A stretch of 63,683 nucleotides of DNA, counting the filler, from Basidiobolus ranarum (taxonomy: Eukaryota), in assembly GCA_040143965.1 (NCBI GenBank). It is 16 parts of 16 records of this genome, joined end to end, with 100 filler letters (N's around TTAATTAATTAA, not from the genome) between each part and the next. Parts side by side here need not be neighbours in the genome. Positions count along the whole stretch, not along the records: positions 51,860 to 55,735 come from JASJQH010002238.1; positions 55,836 to 59,709 come from JASJQH010002239.1; positions 59,810 to 63,683 come from JASJQH010002240.1; 13 more parts are not named here. One strand, 5' to 3'. A model generated the notes under the pieces. That model was not told the origin of the DNA. It worked only from the letters and a program-made list of their open reading frames with translations, and did not search any database. The translations under genes and the position numbers were made by a program. Of this stretch, positions 51,861 through 63,683 are shown one piece after another (position 1 is the stretch's first letter; every line of letters begins with the position of its first letter).

Positions 51861-51977
51861 GGAATCAAGGCTAAGGGTTACCATTTTGTCACTGTGAATG
51901 ATTGCCTTGGCAATCGTTTCCCCATGTACAAGAACCGAAGCAACCCACCCTCCGAAAATGTTACCATTCCATCTTAA
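51861..51977 (+). CDS. 3' end of a CE4 chitin/polysaccharide deacetylase
   Basis: GIKAKGYHFVTVNDCLG matches the NodB-domain C-terminal motif (K.KGY.FVTV..CLG). Confidence 0.65.
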   Translation, partial: GIKAKGYHFVTVNDCLGNRFPMYKNRSNPPSENVTIPS

Positions 51978-52412
51978 CCAAACCTTCAGCTAAAGTACAA
52001 TTTGAGTCATCAAGATATAAGTCAGGATCAAGAGAAATACAAAGTAATTGGATGAGTGGGAATGTTAAATTAGGTGAATAGCAACTCATTATTTAGTAGT
52101 TAGTTTATTCATTTTCAAATTACTTAGCACTCAATTCTGCAATTTACAACTGTGTGTTTATAGCCCTGATTGATTGAAATATCATTAGATCACTTTTATC
52201 AATATTCACTATTTAGTCAAAACTTGTCCAAATCAACTCAAATTTTCACCCATGATTAAAAGACATGTTTGTTAAGATCCAAACAGGTGCAATAGTTCTA
52301 TCTCACAATAAACCATAGATAGCACATGTTTATTTCAATAAAACTTAAGTTTCTCTTTCACAGAACCAAGTCTTGGCCAAATTACTTCCAAATCCCCTAA
52401 ACACTTTTATCA
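51971..52412 (+). mobile_element. Copia 3' end (RNase H tail, PPT) and LTR C (52063-52412)
   Basis: ILTKP tail, GAGTGGGAA PPT, then TGTTAAATTAGG...CACTTTTATCA, the reverse complement of LTR C. Confidence 0.8.
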
Positions 52413-52651
52413 TCTGTGATAATCAACAGACTTTAGCTTAGGCTCCTGAGTGTCCAGAATCAAAATTAAGGGAAAAAGAAATGTCTGATGAAATTTCTTT
52501 TCTTCAGGACAATAAAACATGGGTTTTGAGTCCTTTAACATTGTGGAGAAAGCAAATAGGTTGCCAATGGGTTTACAAAGAAGAAATCCAGCTGATGTAA
52601 CCATAGAAGAGACAAAGTAAGATTAGTTAGAGCATCCAAAATTTATTTATC

Positions 52652-53410
52652 TCAGCACTGACACATTGAAAATAGCAGACTCTGATTACACCTACAGTCA
52701 GAATAAGCTCTTGCATTTTAGCAAATTTCCATAAAGAATTTAGCCAAATTATCCAGGGCCAAAAATTAACAAATTTTCCACTACAAGTGTAAGTGACAAT
52801 GGTAAGATATATTACCCAATGGATAAAATAATATTATTTTAAATCTTGTTCTATCTTACCAACAAGTCCGTCATGCAGAGTTCCTTGATATACCATTATA
52901 ATTTCACAAGAACAAAATAATTAATATTACAGATGTTTACTCTTTTCCATGGATTTGGTTTTGTTGCAGTTATTGGGCTGCATCAATGCAAAGACCCATG
53001 AGCACATTGAAAAGAGCCCTGTGATGGAAGATTAACGTCTGGAGTCTCCTTAACCCATTGTATTACATCTATCACCATTTTGTGTTTTATTATAGAATAT
53101 ACTAGCATATGGTACACCTAATGATTTCACATGGAGCATTATTTCACCAAAGGCATATATGTGTGGGGCCTCCTAGAATATAGAGCCAGCACCTATGATC
53201 ACACAGCATTGTGAAGTATGCAGCAGGGAATGTATTGAAAACTGGCATAGATTCAGCGTATCTTCTTTAAACCTGCGAAAAAGTTATTCATATTCAATTA
53301 CAAAATCTTGGCACAGAAACTGTATCTGCCTGAGATCTGCCAATGTGAGTTGATGCCATAAAAGTATAATAATAATATCCACACATAACTTGGATCCCAG
53401 TGTGAAAATA
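52652..53410 (-). mobile_element. Inverted fragment of the CACTA-like transposase region
   Basis: Reverse complement aligns by eye with ~42120-42840. Confidence 0.65.
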
Positions 53411-53542
53411 AGATAAATAAATTTTGGATGCTCTAACTAATCTTACTTTGTCTTGTCTATGGTTACATCAGCTGGATTTCTTCTTTGTAAACCCATTTGC
53501 AACCTATTTGCTTTTTCCACAATGGTAGAGGACTTAAAACCC

Positions 53543-55660
53543 TGACTTATATCTTGATGATTCAAATTGTACTTTAGCGAAAGGTTTGGTTAAGATATCA
53601 GCAATCATTTCTTCAGTAGGGCAATAGACAAGTTCAATTATTTCATTCTCTGTTACTTCTCTAACAAAATGATGCCTAATATATATATGTTCTGTTCTAG
53701 TATGAAATGAAGGGTTTTTAGCTTAGGAAATACAACTTTAATTATCTTCAAATATAGTAATAGCACATTTTTGCATGTATCTTAAGTCTGTACATAAGTC
53801 TCTTAGCCACATGGCCTCTTGTGTAGTAGCAGGGGCAGCCATATACTCTGCTTCTGTAGTGCAAAGTGCTATTTTTTGTTGCTTCTTACTATTCCAAGTT
53901 ATAGCCCATTTTCACAGAGAAAAGTCTACCCAGTTGTTGATCTTCTGTCATCAAGTTTTCTTCACCAGTTTGCATCACTGTAGCATTCAAAGTTTTGTGC
54001 ATGAGGGGTGGCAGAGTATTCCAGAACTAGATCTACAGTTCCTCATGAATACCTGGGTATTTGTTTTACCACTGTTTTGTGCTCAGATCCTGGATTGCTC
54101 AGAAATTAGCTTACAACACCTGCTGCCACAGCAACATCTGGACATGTTTCAACTTGGTATATATTAGACATGCTCCAACATGGTATATATTAGACATGTT
54201 CCAACATGGTATATATTAGACTACCCAACATGGATTAATTACAGAACTCCTGGCTTTCATTTGGGTCATTTTGAGCCAAATTGGATGAAATTTTGATTAA
54301 TTTCACATTGGCATCCATTGTTGCTGATACAGGCATACTATTCCCCATGTTGTAGCATTTTAGGAAGACTAGGATGTATGAAGATTAATTCAGCAAGATT
54401 TTCTGCATGGGTCATCCTCTTTGTTTGGATTCCAAGGAAAAAACTTTATTTACTCATGTTAGTCATCTAAAATTGGTTTGTTAAGTAGTTTTTTGTCTGT
54501 GAAGTGTTTTAAGATCATTTGAGGTTATGAGCAAGTTATCCAAATAAAGTGCTAAGGTAGGGATCCTAAATCTTGTTGTTTCATGTTTATATTGCAATCT
54601 TCTATGCGTTTTTGGAATTTCAGTGATTCTAAAAATATTTGTCTTGTTGTACCATTTCCTAGGTTCTTGCTTGAGGTGATATAGCCATGTTTGCACTTTA
54701 TAGAGCATGTCAGGGTGTTCAGGGTCAGCAAATCCATCTGGTTGGTCCATTTAGATCTCTTCGTCTGGATATTTATTCAGAAAGGCTGTTTTTTGAATCC
54801 ATTTGATGTATAGCATGGTTATGGATTGCTGAGAGAACCTGGATTGCTCTAATGGGGTTAAACATAGCTACTGGAGCAAACATTACATTAAAATCAACAC
54901 CTGGAGTCAGGGAATAATATTTTGAAACTAATCTCTCTTTGTAGGTCATAATGGTTCTATCAGCTTGTTTCAGGCTTTGTAGTCCCACTTGCAACCTACT
55001 GCCTTTCTTCTTGATGGTAGAGGACTCAAATTCTGTGTCTTAATGTCTAAGAGTGAAGAAAGCTTATCAGACATAGCATTTTCCCATAAATTTGATTCTG
55101 GACACTCCAGAGCTTTGGATAGAGTCTGAAGCCTATCACAGAATGATGCAAAAGCATAGACATTATCATAAGAAGTGTTCACCAGTTATTTGGCATATTC
55201 CTCGATCTGGATGGTTGTCTATGATTAAAGTCATCCTCTGATGTAATAGGGGCTGGAATCCAGGATAAATTGGGGTCAGATACACCTGGAAGTTTGTCAC
55301 ACACTTCCTGAATGGTTCTTTTTGGGATTAACAACTGTGATTTGATGTGAAAAAATTGCTTGTTCATCAAAAATCACTTCTCTGCACCTAAAGAACTTTT
55401 AATTTTTATATCAAACAGTATCAGGCCTTAGATCATTTGCAGTAACCAAGAAATATGCATATAAGGCCTTTGGGTTCCTATTTAGAGCACTTTTGAGCAG
55501 GAATTAGGCAATGTGCTGTGCAACCAAAGATCCTGAGATGATCAACACTTGATTTTGTTCCATATCCCTTCAAAGATCTGTAAATCTGCTTAACTGCTCC
55601 ATAATGCTCAGATCCTTTGGTTTGCATATGTTGGCTACCTCCCCCCACCGCAAAAGACAT
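53543..55660 (-). mobile_element. Degenerate Ty1/copia integrase tail, RT and RNase H; internal 26-bp tandem repeat at ~54141-54233
   Basis: HLRIFGC, AVGCKW, FAPVA, LYLDNL and ALCTTEAEY motifs; GACATGTTCCAACATGGTATATATTA about x3. Confidence 0.88.
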
Positions 55661-55835
55661 GTTTGGCCAATTTCTAGTTGTAGTATATTTTTAACTACCT
55701 ACCAAAGATTGATAAGGGAACTCAGGGCTTTCAAANNNNNNNNNNNNNNNNNNNNNNNNNNNNNNNNNNNNNNNNNNNNTTAATTAATTAANNNNNNNNN
55801 NNNNNNNNNNNNNNNNNNNNNNNNNNNNNNNNNNN

Positions 55836-56486
55836 TAATGCACAAAATTTATCTCATAACTTTTGGATGGCATCTTTTGCTAAAGCTATATATCTGAAGA
55901 ATAGGAGCTTTACTCATAGTCTATCAAACTCTACACCATATCAAGCTTGGCTTGAAGTTAAACCTGATGTAAAACATTTGAGGATCTTTGGATGCATTGC
56001 ATACAACAAAATTATGACCAAAAATTGGTCTAAATTAGATACAAAAAGTAAGAAATGCATATTTCTGGGTTATTGTACTCAAACTAAAGCCTACAGACTC
56101 TATGATGCCAAAATTTTTAAGTTAATCAAGTCCAGGGATGCTTTGTTTAATGAGCATGAAATATTTTCACCCATATCACCTCAGATGATGACAAAAATCA
56201 ATTTTCTCCTGCTCCAATCATTCCAATTGATTCAAACCAGCATAGTGAAGAAAATAGCATTCCTGTGGACCCTTCAACAAAAATCTTGCCTACCAAAGTG
56301 CCCAATACAATGCCAGAAGTTGTAGTACCTTTTTCCCCAACCAGGAGTTCAAATCAGATCAGAAATAGCCCTGATTATGTTATCAATGAGTTACAAAATT
56401 GGGCCTATGCCTGCACAGCTCAAATACATGTGCCCCAGAATGTAGAAGTGGCCCTGAATGGCCCTCACATGAAATTATCAACTTAG
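55836..56486 (+). mobile_element. Ty1/copia integrase C-terminal fragment
   Basis: YLKNRS, TPYQAW...KPDVKHLRIFGC, KLDTKSKKCIFLGY, AYRLYD. Confidence 0.88.
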
Positions 56487-58390
56487 AATAGAAAGAAAAG
56501 TAGCTAAAGAAGTACCTAAGGAGCAGGAAGTAGTAAACCTAAGGGAAAAGCAAAGGAGCCAGTAGGCTTAGGCTCTACTTTGCAACTTGCCAAATTCTTC
56601 ACACCAGTAAAAAGATCTGCATTTTCAGAGTCAGATATCCTGGCAAAAAAGCTTAATTTCACCATGGAACCAGGTACACTGGTTGGAAGAGTGCTAAGTT
56701 TGGAAGTTTATCTAACACCTAGCATCTCTCAACAAGCCAAAACACCAGCAAATAAAACTCACCACCTTCCAACCTCAACTGGTACTTTTCAAAAGGTTGA
56801 AATTAGCCCCAAAATTAAAGGCAAGCAACAAGCCACACAAACACCACAAAGCACCCACAGTAGTGTCACACTACAAGGACATATAAAATCGTCAAAGTGC
56901 TTGAGGAGTATTTTCAAAAGTATGAAGGGAAAAATGCAGTGCAAGTATGCAGAAAGTGGCTTCAGAAGAAGAACATTCAACTTGACATCAGTCTGGTGTT
57001 GACCATGCAGATAACTGGGAAGAACTTGATATAGAGTAGCACAATGATACAGGGTATCCACCAGAGAGCTGTAAGAATATTGATTGAGCAAAGTTAATAC
57101 AATGGTGGGCTTTGATAGTGATATTGATACAAATTGTGTTGGGTATGAACAAAGCCTTGGTTACAAAGAACTCTATAAAAATATTTGGGAGAATATACTT
57201 AAGAAACTAAGAATTTCAAAGGTGACAGATTGGCATTCTAGTGGTAAATATGTTAAATTGGAGTTATGTTTTTTGCACATGTGTTGATCCATAGTTCTCT
57301 GAGATTGTAGCCAATATTGTGCAACTATTTTGCAAGATCTTGCAATTTCACTCCAGAAACTGAAAAAATTGATTAAAATAAATCTAACTTGATGCTTTTA
57401 TGATGGTATGTAAGTAGTCAAACCCAAATGGAATAAAATTGGGACATGTTTCCTACAATAACAATCCTTAAATATCTGTTAGGGTAACATATCAGCAAAA
57501 TCAATAATGACTGTAATGTGTTGGATTAAGGAGACTCCAGAGTATATTAGCCTGTCAACATAAGGCTCTTTTCAATGTGCTCACAGGTTTTTGTATTGTT
57601 TGAGCACAATAACAGCAACAAAACCCATCCATGAACAGAGAGTGAGTACCTCTATAATTTAGACTAATTTGTTTTGTGATAATCTAATGGTGTTTTTAAG
57701 AAAGCTGTAAGACAGACTTCTTGGTGAGATAGATTGAAATACCCAGTATTTTTGTTTTAGTTATGGGGTAATATATTCAAGCAATGACATATCTACTTGT
57801 GGCAGGACATTTGTTGACAGATAGTCAGGGATATTTTGGCTGAACTCTTTATGGAAATTTGCCAAATTCCAAGAGCTTATTCTCATTGTGAACAGTAACA
57901 AGAGCAAGCTATTTTCCAAGTGTCAGTGCTACTTAAAATTTCAGATGTTAAGCAATTTTTTACTATAAGTTTGCTGATAAAGCATATTGATGTTATTAAG
58001 TTATGTCTGGTCAGTCAAATATATGCATACATTGAGACTAAGCATAACAAGATTCTTGTATTTTTTAACTCTCAGTGGCTGGAATACAAAGCCTAAAATA
58101 TCTAAATAAAGGCATGCATATTAATTCAAATTCCTACAGCAGTTAACCAAGTTATTTGCCAATAAAAAATTGGACTTTTGCAAAAATTGCCCAAAATTAA
58201 ATAACACATGCCAAATGTGAGGATCAATATTTCAAGATGTATGAATACCATCAAAATACCATCAAGAAGCCACTGTCTCATCAGCAAAATCCCTGGAATA
58301 ATGCAAGCCACCAATATTATGATGGTTCTTTGACAGTTTTGCACTCTACATGGGTGGATTCAATCTGGACCAAGTCAATTTTTTTTGTTA
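56487..58390 (+). mobile_element. Putative DNA transposon terminal segment (to GTTAGGG 57484) abutting a CACTA-like internal fragment (57485-58390)
   Basis: Homology to 4780-5787 and to 42390-43290 respectively. Confidence 0.65.
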
Positions 58391-58399
58391 GGGTATATA

Positions 58400-59130
58400 A
58401 ATGAGTCCTACAATGGGGCCTAAGCCTGCACAGCTCAAATACCTGAGCCCCAGACTGTAAAAGAGGCTCAGAATGGCCCTCACATGGAATCTTGAAGATA
58501 TACAATGGCTGATGAGCACTAGACTTGGATTCATAATCAAACTTGGATTTTGACCAACTTATCTGAAGTTAGAAAATCAATTGGCTGGCAATGGGCTTAC
58601 AAAGTTAAATACAACTCTGATGGCAATATAGAGAGGTACAAGGGTAGACTAGTAGCCAAATGCTATTCCTAAACACCAGGAATGGATTATACAAAAATCT
58701 TGCTCCTGTATCAAAGTTTCATTCAATTAGATTGATAAGAGCTTGGAATAGCAAGATAGACACTTTTTTTGAAACACTAAAATTCCAAAAGAGTAATGTT
58801 GTATAGTATCCACTCTAGGCTAGATTTGACAAGCCAAGCTCTATAAGCCTTATATAGAGGTGACTTATTATAGCAATCATTTAACTTGAAGATCCTGGAG
58901 AAACCAAATCCAGCTTATCTGCACAACTCAAGATGACTGATTCTGATTAACAGACACACCATGTTGGAATCCAAATTAAGATAGATAGAGTTAGCAAAAC
59001 AATAACTTTAAACCAGTCAAATTATATCCTAGTCATACTAATGTAGTCTCAAATAGAAGAATGTAATGCAGTATCTACCTTGATGGAGACAAATCTTAAC
59101 TTAACCAAAAATGGCTTAAATCAGATGTTT
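58400..59130 (+). mobile_element. Ty1/copia RT fragment
   Basis: W.YKVKYNSDGNIERYKGRLVAK motif at ~58590-58660. Confidence 0.8.
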
Positions 59131-59809
59131 TTAGATTCAAATGGGTTTTCCACATCATTGTAAATCTGACTTAGAGCACCTCCTAAGGCACAGTCTGAGG
59201 CATCTGTAGTAAAAATTAATGACCAGTTGAAATCTGGAATTGTCAAGATAGAAAACTTGACTGGTTCAACCTGCATATATTGGAGAGCTACTTCACACTG
59301 ACAAGTTCTACCTTTTGAAACTTTCCTGCTTGAGTAGTCTGGTTAATGGGGCAAAGATTGAGGCAAATCCTTTGACTAATTTTCTAAAAAAGAAAATCAT
59401 TCCCAAGGATCATCTGAGGCCTGATAGGATAGTGAGCAGTTTCCCAATATAAATTAAATCAACATTTCTAAGATCTGTGGCTACTCCTGAAGTATAATGT
59501 TATTGATATTCCACTTGGTCCTTCAAGAACTCACACATGCTGATTTTTCCATAGAGATGGTTTTGTTGAAATTTCTCCAAGACTTTCTGTACATGTGGTA
59601 CATGTTCTTCCTAGTTCTTGCTATCAATTAGGATGCTACCAAGGTAGATAATGGCAAACTGCTCTAGGTACTTAGCCAAAATATCCTGCTTCAATATCTT
59701 AAGGGTAGCNNNNNNNNNNNNNNNNNNNNNNNNNNNNNNNNNNNNNNNNNNNNTTAATTAATTAANNNNNNNNNNNNNNNNNNNNNNNNNNNNNNNNNNN
59801 NNNNNNNNN

Positions 59810-60593
59810 CTTTCCCGCCCTTACCTCCATGGTCTTTGCCACCACCTATTCCAGTATCGTAGCCACCTTTGCCTCCATGGTCTTTCCCACCCTTACCTCC
59901 ATGATCTTTACCACCACCTACTCCTGTGTCGTAACCACCTTTGCCTCCATGGTCTTTGCCACCACCTATTCCAGCGTCGTAGCCACCGTGTCCACCATGA
60001 CCTCTACCGTCACCTCCTACTCCTGTACCATGTCCACCATGGCCCCTGTTGCCACCGCCAATGCCAAAGTCGTAGCCCCCTCTATCTCCCTGACCTTTAT
60101 CACCACCACCTACTCCAATACCGTGGCCACCATGGCCCTTGTTACCACCACCGATACCATTGTTATAACTACCCTTACCACCTTTACCGCCTTTACCTTC
60201 ATGGTCTCTACCACCACCTACTCCAGTATCGTAGCCACCTTTACCACTTTTTCCATCCTGTCCTCCGTGTCCTTTGCCATTTCCATAGCCACTACCGTCA
60301 GTGTTTTTCGGAGGTTTAGTGCAATCTTTTTCGTCACATTTTATGCCTAAATCGTTTGCACTCTTGACTAATCCTTTACAATCCTGCTTATTGGGTTGTG
60401 TAAAGCCGGAGGGGAATCTCGTTACATCAATATTCTCGCACGCCTTTGCTTCCAAACCTATATTATAGGTTTTTAATCCGGTAATAACCCCTTGACAGTA
60501 CTCGCGACATAATTTTGGATCTGGAATGCTCACACCGGTTACTACTATTAAAACTGAAATTGTCAACAATGTTTTCAATGCGAAGACCTTCAT
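59810..60593 (-). CDS. Secreted protein: signal peptide, small 6-Cys domain, Gly/His/Lys-rich repeats; 3'-truncated
   Basis: MKVFALKTLLTISVLIVVTG signal; C..YC...AC...DC...C...DC; repeats GGYDTG(I/V)GGGKDHGGKG. Confidence 0.85.
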
Positions 60594-62744
60594 CCTGATG
60601 AGGTTAATGAAAATGAATTAAATAAAAAATAAATAAAGAGATGGGTATAAATTAGAAAGAAAGTGCAAGTTAAGTAATCGGAGGAGTGGAATGCTAATTT
60701 ACTTTTCAGACAAGAAGTGTGTGGAATATTTATACTTTTGCTCAGTTGCTAGATTATCTCACTCTAGCCGCGTTCTCCTGTAATTGCCAATTTCTGTCTA
60801 TTTCTACCCCGTTTAAACACAAACGAATATCTCAGTTGATATTACACTCCCTGCTAGAATTATACTTAGTCTGGAGACATTTAACTGTCACTTAGCCTTA
60901 TTTGGTTCGAATTGGACAGGGAGGGTTATGATACCAATATACTGATGTCGAACCCCCAACTTCATTAGGTCTTTACGTCCTAAGCAGTAGATATTGGATT
61001 TTAATTCATAGCCAAGAACATATCCAGAGGCTTATTGTTTTATTTATTACTAGTGGCTGTCTTCGCAGCATTCTACCAATGCTAGTGTAATTAGCTGGCT
61101 AGGGGGCTAACTTGCATTTCGAATAATCAAAGCAATTTATTAATTCAAATTTATCATTTCAATTTACGGGCTATATATAGTACATTGACAGTCTATATGG
61201 GTAGATAATAGTTTCCATTTCAGGGTAATTGAGCATATGTGCAAAAGTACAACAAAGATAATTAATTAATGCTTGTTAAGCTTCAAGCTGTACATTTCGG
61301 AAGATTGAGTAAAAGATCAAGATGTTATTTTCAAATCAACCTTAACTCGATGCTGTGAAATCTCTTTCAACTACACTCACTCCCTAATTATATTTAGATT
61401 GGAAAGGAGCAAGTAGAACAATTCTAACATGAATGATCAGAGTACTGGTTAAATGAAAATGGTTCGTACGTTAAGGAATTTTTACTATTTGATACCCCTA
61501 ACCCTAACCCATTTTGCTTAATATCTTGTCTAAAATATGTAGACGAAAGCTCCCTGTTACAGTGCTCAAACTAAGTCACTAAACCAGTAAGGGTGTACTT
61601 TCTTTCAGTTAGCGCAATTGATTATATCAAATCTAAAGTTACATTATTCGATGGTTTAATTTCATCTTGAACGTCAGAAAAAGAGTACTGATACTTCGTA
61701 ACTAATTTCGTTTTTTTTTCTGGCGTAGAGGTATATCTGTGCCACCACTTGCTTCTGTAGTGGAGTCGCATTTGGTACCACCGTTTGTGTCACTGTCAAC
61801 CATGCCTAATATCTTCCTTGCTTCAGATATATTCGCTTACTTTGATGTTGTAGGCGCTGTTATTTTTAGCGACCCTTCCACCAATATCGCTTCCACATTT
61901 ACCATCCTTGGCTCTAACACCCTATCATTGTTTGTGGTACAATTAATCTGGGGGCTAGTACCAGCTAACTCGCTGTATTTGGTTAGAATATCACGGGGCG
62001 GGCTGTAGTATCAATATATTCAAGTCAGTTTTCTAATTAAATGTTTTGAACTGAATGCATATCTCCATTTTGCATCAAATCTAACTCTAAGCTATACTCC
62101 ATGATAACTCAGACATTATATTAACGTATTTTGAATAGATCATAGAGGCTTGAATATATTTAGAGCTATTTGTTTCGTAGATCTCGTCAAAACTAGGAAC
62201 ACTACAATTTCTGATCAGTATATCCTAAAAAAGTAAACTTTTATTACCAATATCTATTTCAGCATCGTGGCTCGCTTTAGCGTATCATTAGCCAAATACC
62301 CCTGGTCCAGTGTCCTGACTTTCTTTACTTCCATTATCTTTATCAACACTCTGCTTCGCTCATGGCTTACTTTAATACCTCTACCAAGAGCACCATGACC
62401 TTCGGCATCCTTACATCAACTGATACTATGTTCTCGTTAGGTAATTTTTTTCTATATTGAATCTGTAGCTGTTATTAAGACTCTGAATTTCAGGCTTATA
62501 ATAAACGCCATCTATTTTAGTATTGTGACTATTCTTCTCTCCATAATGTTTACTATTGCTGCCTACTCTAAAATCGTAGTAACTAAGCCAGAGTTGCTAT
62601 CCTTTTCTCTATGATGTCTGATACGGCTGTCTCCACAACCATTAGCCAAATAGTTATGGCTCTCTTGGTGGCTACTATTGTCGCTACCTACTCTTACATC
62701 ATAGTTCCTTTTACCAATATGCCTTGTATTGCCGTGTCTGATAA

Positions 62745-63033
62745 TATCTGGCCGAGGTTTGGCACACCGCTTTTCATCCCAATTTAAGCCCAGATCATTA
62801 GCACTCTTGACTAAAGTTTTGCAATCCTGACTGTCGGGTTGTGCAATGATGGAGGGAAATTTTTCAAATTGATATGTTCACATGCTTTTATGTCCAAGTC
62901 TATGCAATAAATTTTAGTTGGATAAAGTCTTCTTAGCAATATCCCCAACATAGTACAAAGTTGGAATGCCAACATTAGTCACCAATGTAAGAGCCGAGAA
63001 TGTCAACATTAATTTCAATACCAACAAATTCAG
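62745..63033 (-). pseudogene. Decayed paralog of the Gly-rich secreted protein (signal + Cys domain)
   Basis: LVLKLMLTFSALTLVTNVGIP, LDIKACE.I...FP and QDCKTLVKSANDLG...DEK.C.KP align with the protein encoded at 60593-60310. Start codon lost; frameshifts and stops present. Confidence 0.8.
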
Positions 63034-63510
63034 GCCAATGAAGTAGATAGGAGTAAAAAAAATAAAAACGTAACTTAATTGAAAACTTGGAATTCATGTT
63101 TACTTTTCTTGCGAGAGATTCGGAGTACTTTTATACTTTTATTCTACAATTAGTCACTTAAATCCAACCTACACTCTCTGAGATTCTTGAATACCCATTG
63201 TTTTCAACACCGTAGAGACAGAGAGTACCTTTTAGCATAAATATATATGGGAATACTTATTTCAACCTATTGCATAAGCAGTACTTGAAAGATGACCGCA
63301 GAATACAAAAAACTCAATCTTTGTACATTATATTTATTCAAATGAACAACTGAAATAAGTAGGATATATCCCTCATTTGCTAGTATAATGCATTATAACA
63401 ACATCAGGGTTAAATCACTACAAAATTATGTGTCAACAGCTACCGGAGTTGGGCACTCGCGTCACCTTCGTAGTCAAGCATACACATTTTGTCATAAGGC
63501 TTTTACTCCA

Positions 63511-63683
63511 TTAGTATGTTGACTTCCCGCTGCGTGCGGGTGTGACATGAGTGTCTTTGCCTCTATCTCCTTTGCCATCTACTCTCTTGCCACCATGTCC
63601 ATTGCCAGCACCGTTGGAGCCGTAGTCTTCTTTGCTTGATTTTCCATGATGTTTGTCAAGCCCCTTAGTGCCAGCATTGTGGC
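63511..63683 (-). CDS. 3' end of another Gly/His/Lys-rich ORF (probable third family member)
   Basis: HNAGTKGLDKHHGKSSKEDYGSNGAGNGHGGK...GKSTY* open to the window edge. Confidence 0.5.
   Translation of the reverse strand, partial: HNAGTKGLDKHHGKSSKEDYGSNGAGNGHGGKRVDGKGDRGKDTHVTPARSGKSTY

Noticed and set aside
54141-54233. 26-bp repeats as a CRISPR or regulatory array
   Set aside because: Head-to-tail slippage duplication inside a dead copia RT.
3904-59809. Regularly spaced TTAATTAATTAA palindromes, and any apparent gene cluster spanning them (e.g. LPMO + mucin + deacetylase as a 'chitin cluster')
   Set aside because: Artificial linkers between size-sorted contigs; cross-gap neighbourhood has no biological meaning.
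61496-61510. CCCTAACCCTAACCC telomere-like motif
   Set aside because: Only about two units, internal to a contig; compatible with chance.

Overview
Eukaryotic (fungal) draft-genome window made of 16 unrelated ~3.9-kb contigs. They are joined by an artificial 100-nt linker (N-run + TTAATTAATTAA + N-run) and sorted by decreasing length, so adjacency across gaps is meaningless. Short spliceosomal introns, a retained U12 AT-AC intron, chitin-related genes and a Tsp2 tetraspanin suggest an early-diverging fungus. A Zoopagomycota/Mucoromycota assignment, with a resemblance to Basidiobolus, is inference only. Host genes: intron-rich eIF2A (with an AT-AC minor intron and a 7-nt microexon), SPC25, a large intronless Nup205/Nup192 segment, an MFS sugar porter, and a head-to-head Tsp2 tetraspanin / processive GT2 pair. 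Also present: a tandemly duplicated ricin-B lectin + tRNA-Thr(CGT) unit, scrambled YcjY-like hydrolase fragments, an AA11-like LPMO-CBM5/12 gene with one in-frame TAG, a Thr/Val-repeat mucin-like protein, a chitin-deacetylase 3' end, and a cluster of secreted Gly/His-rich proteins. Much of the remainder is decayed Ty1/copia elements (three LTR families, half-tRNA-iMet primer site) and a CACTA/CMC-like DNA transposon, with clear CpG-specific decay.
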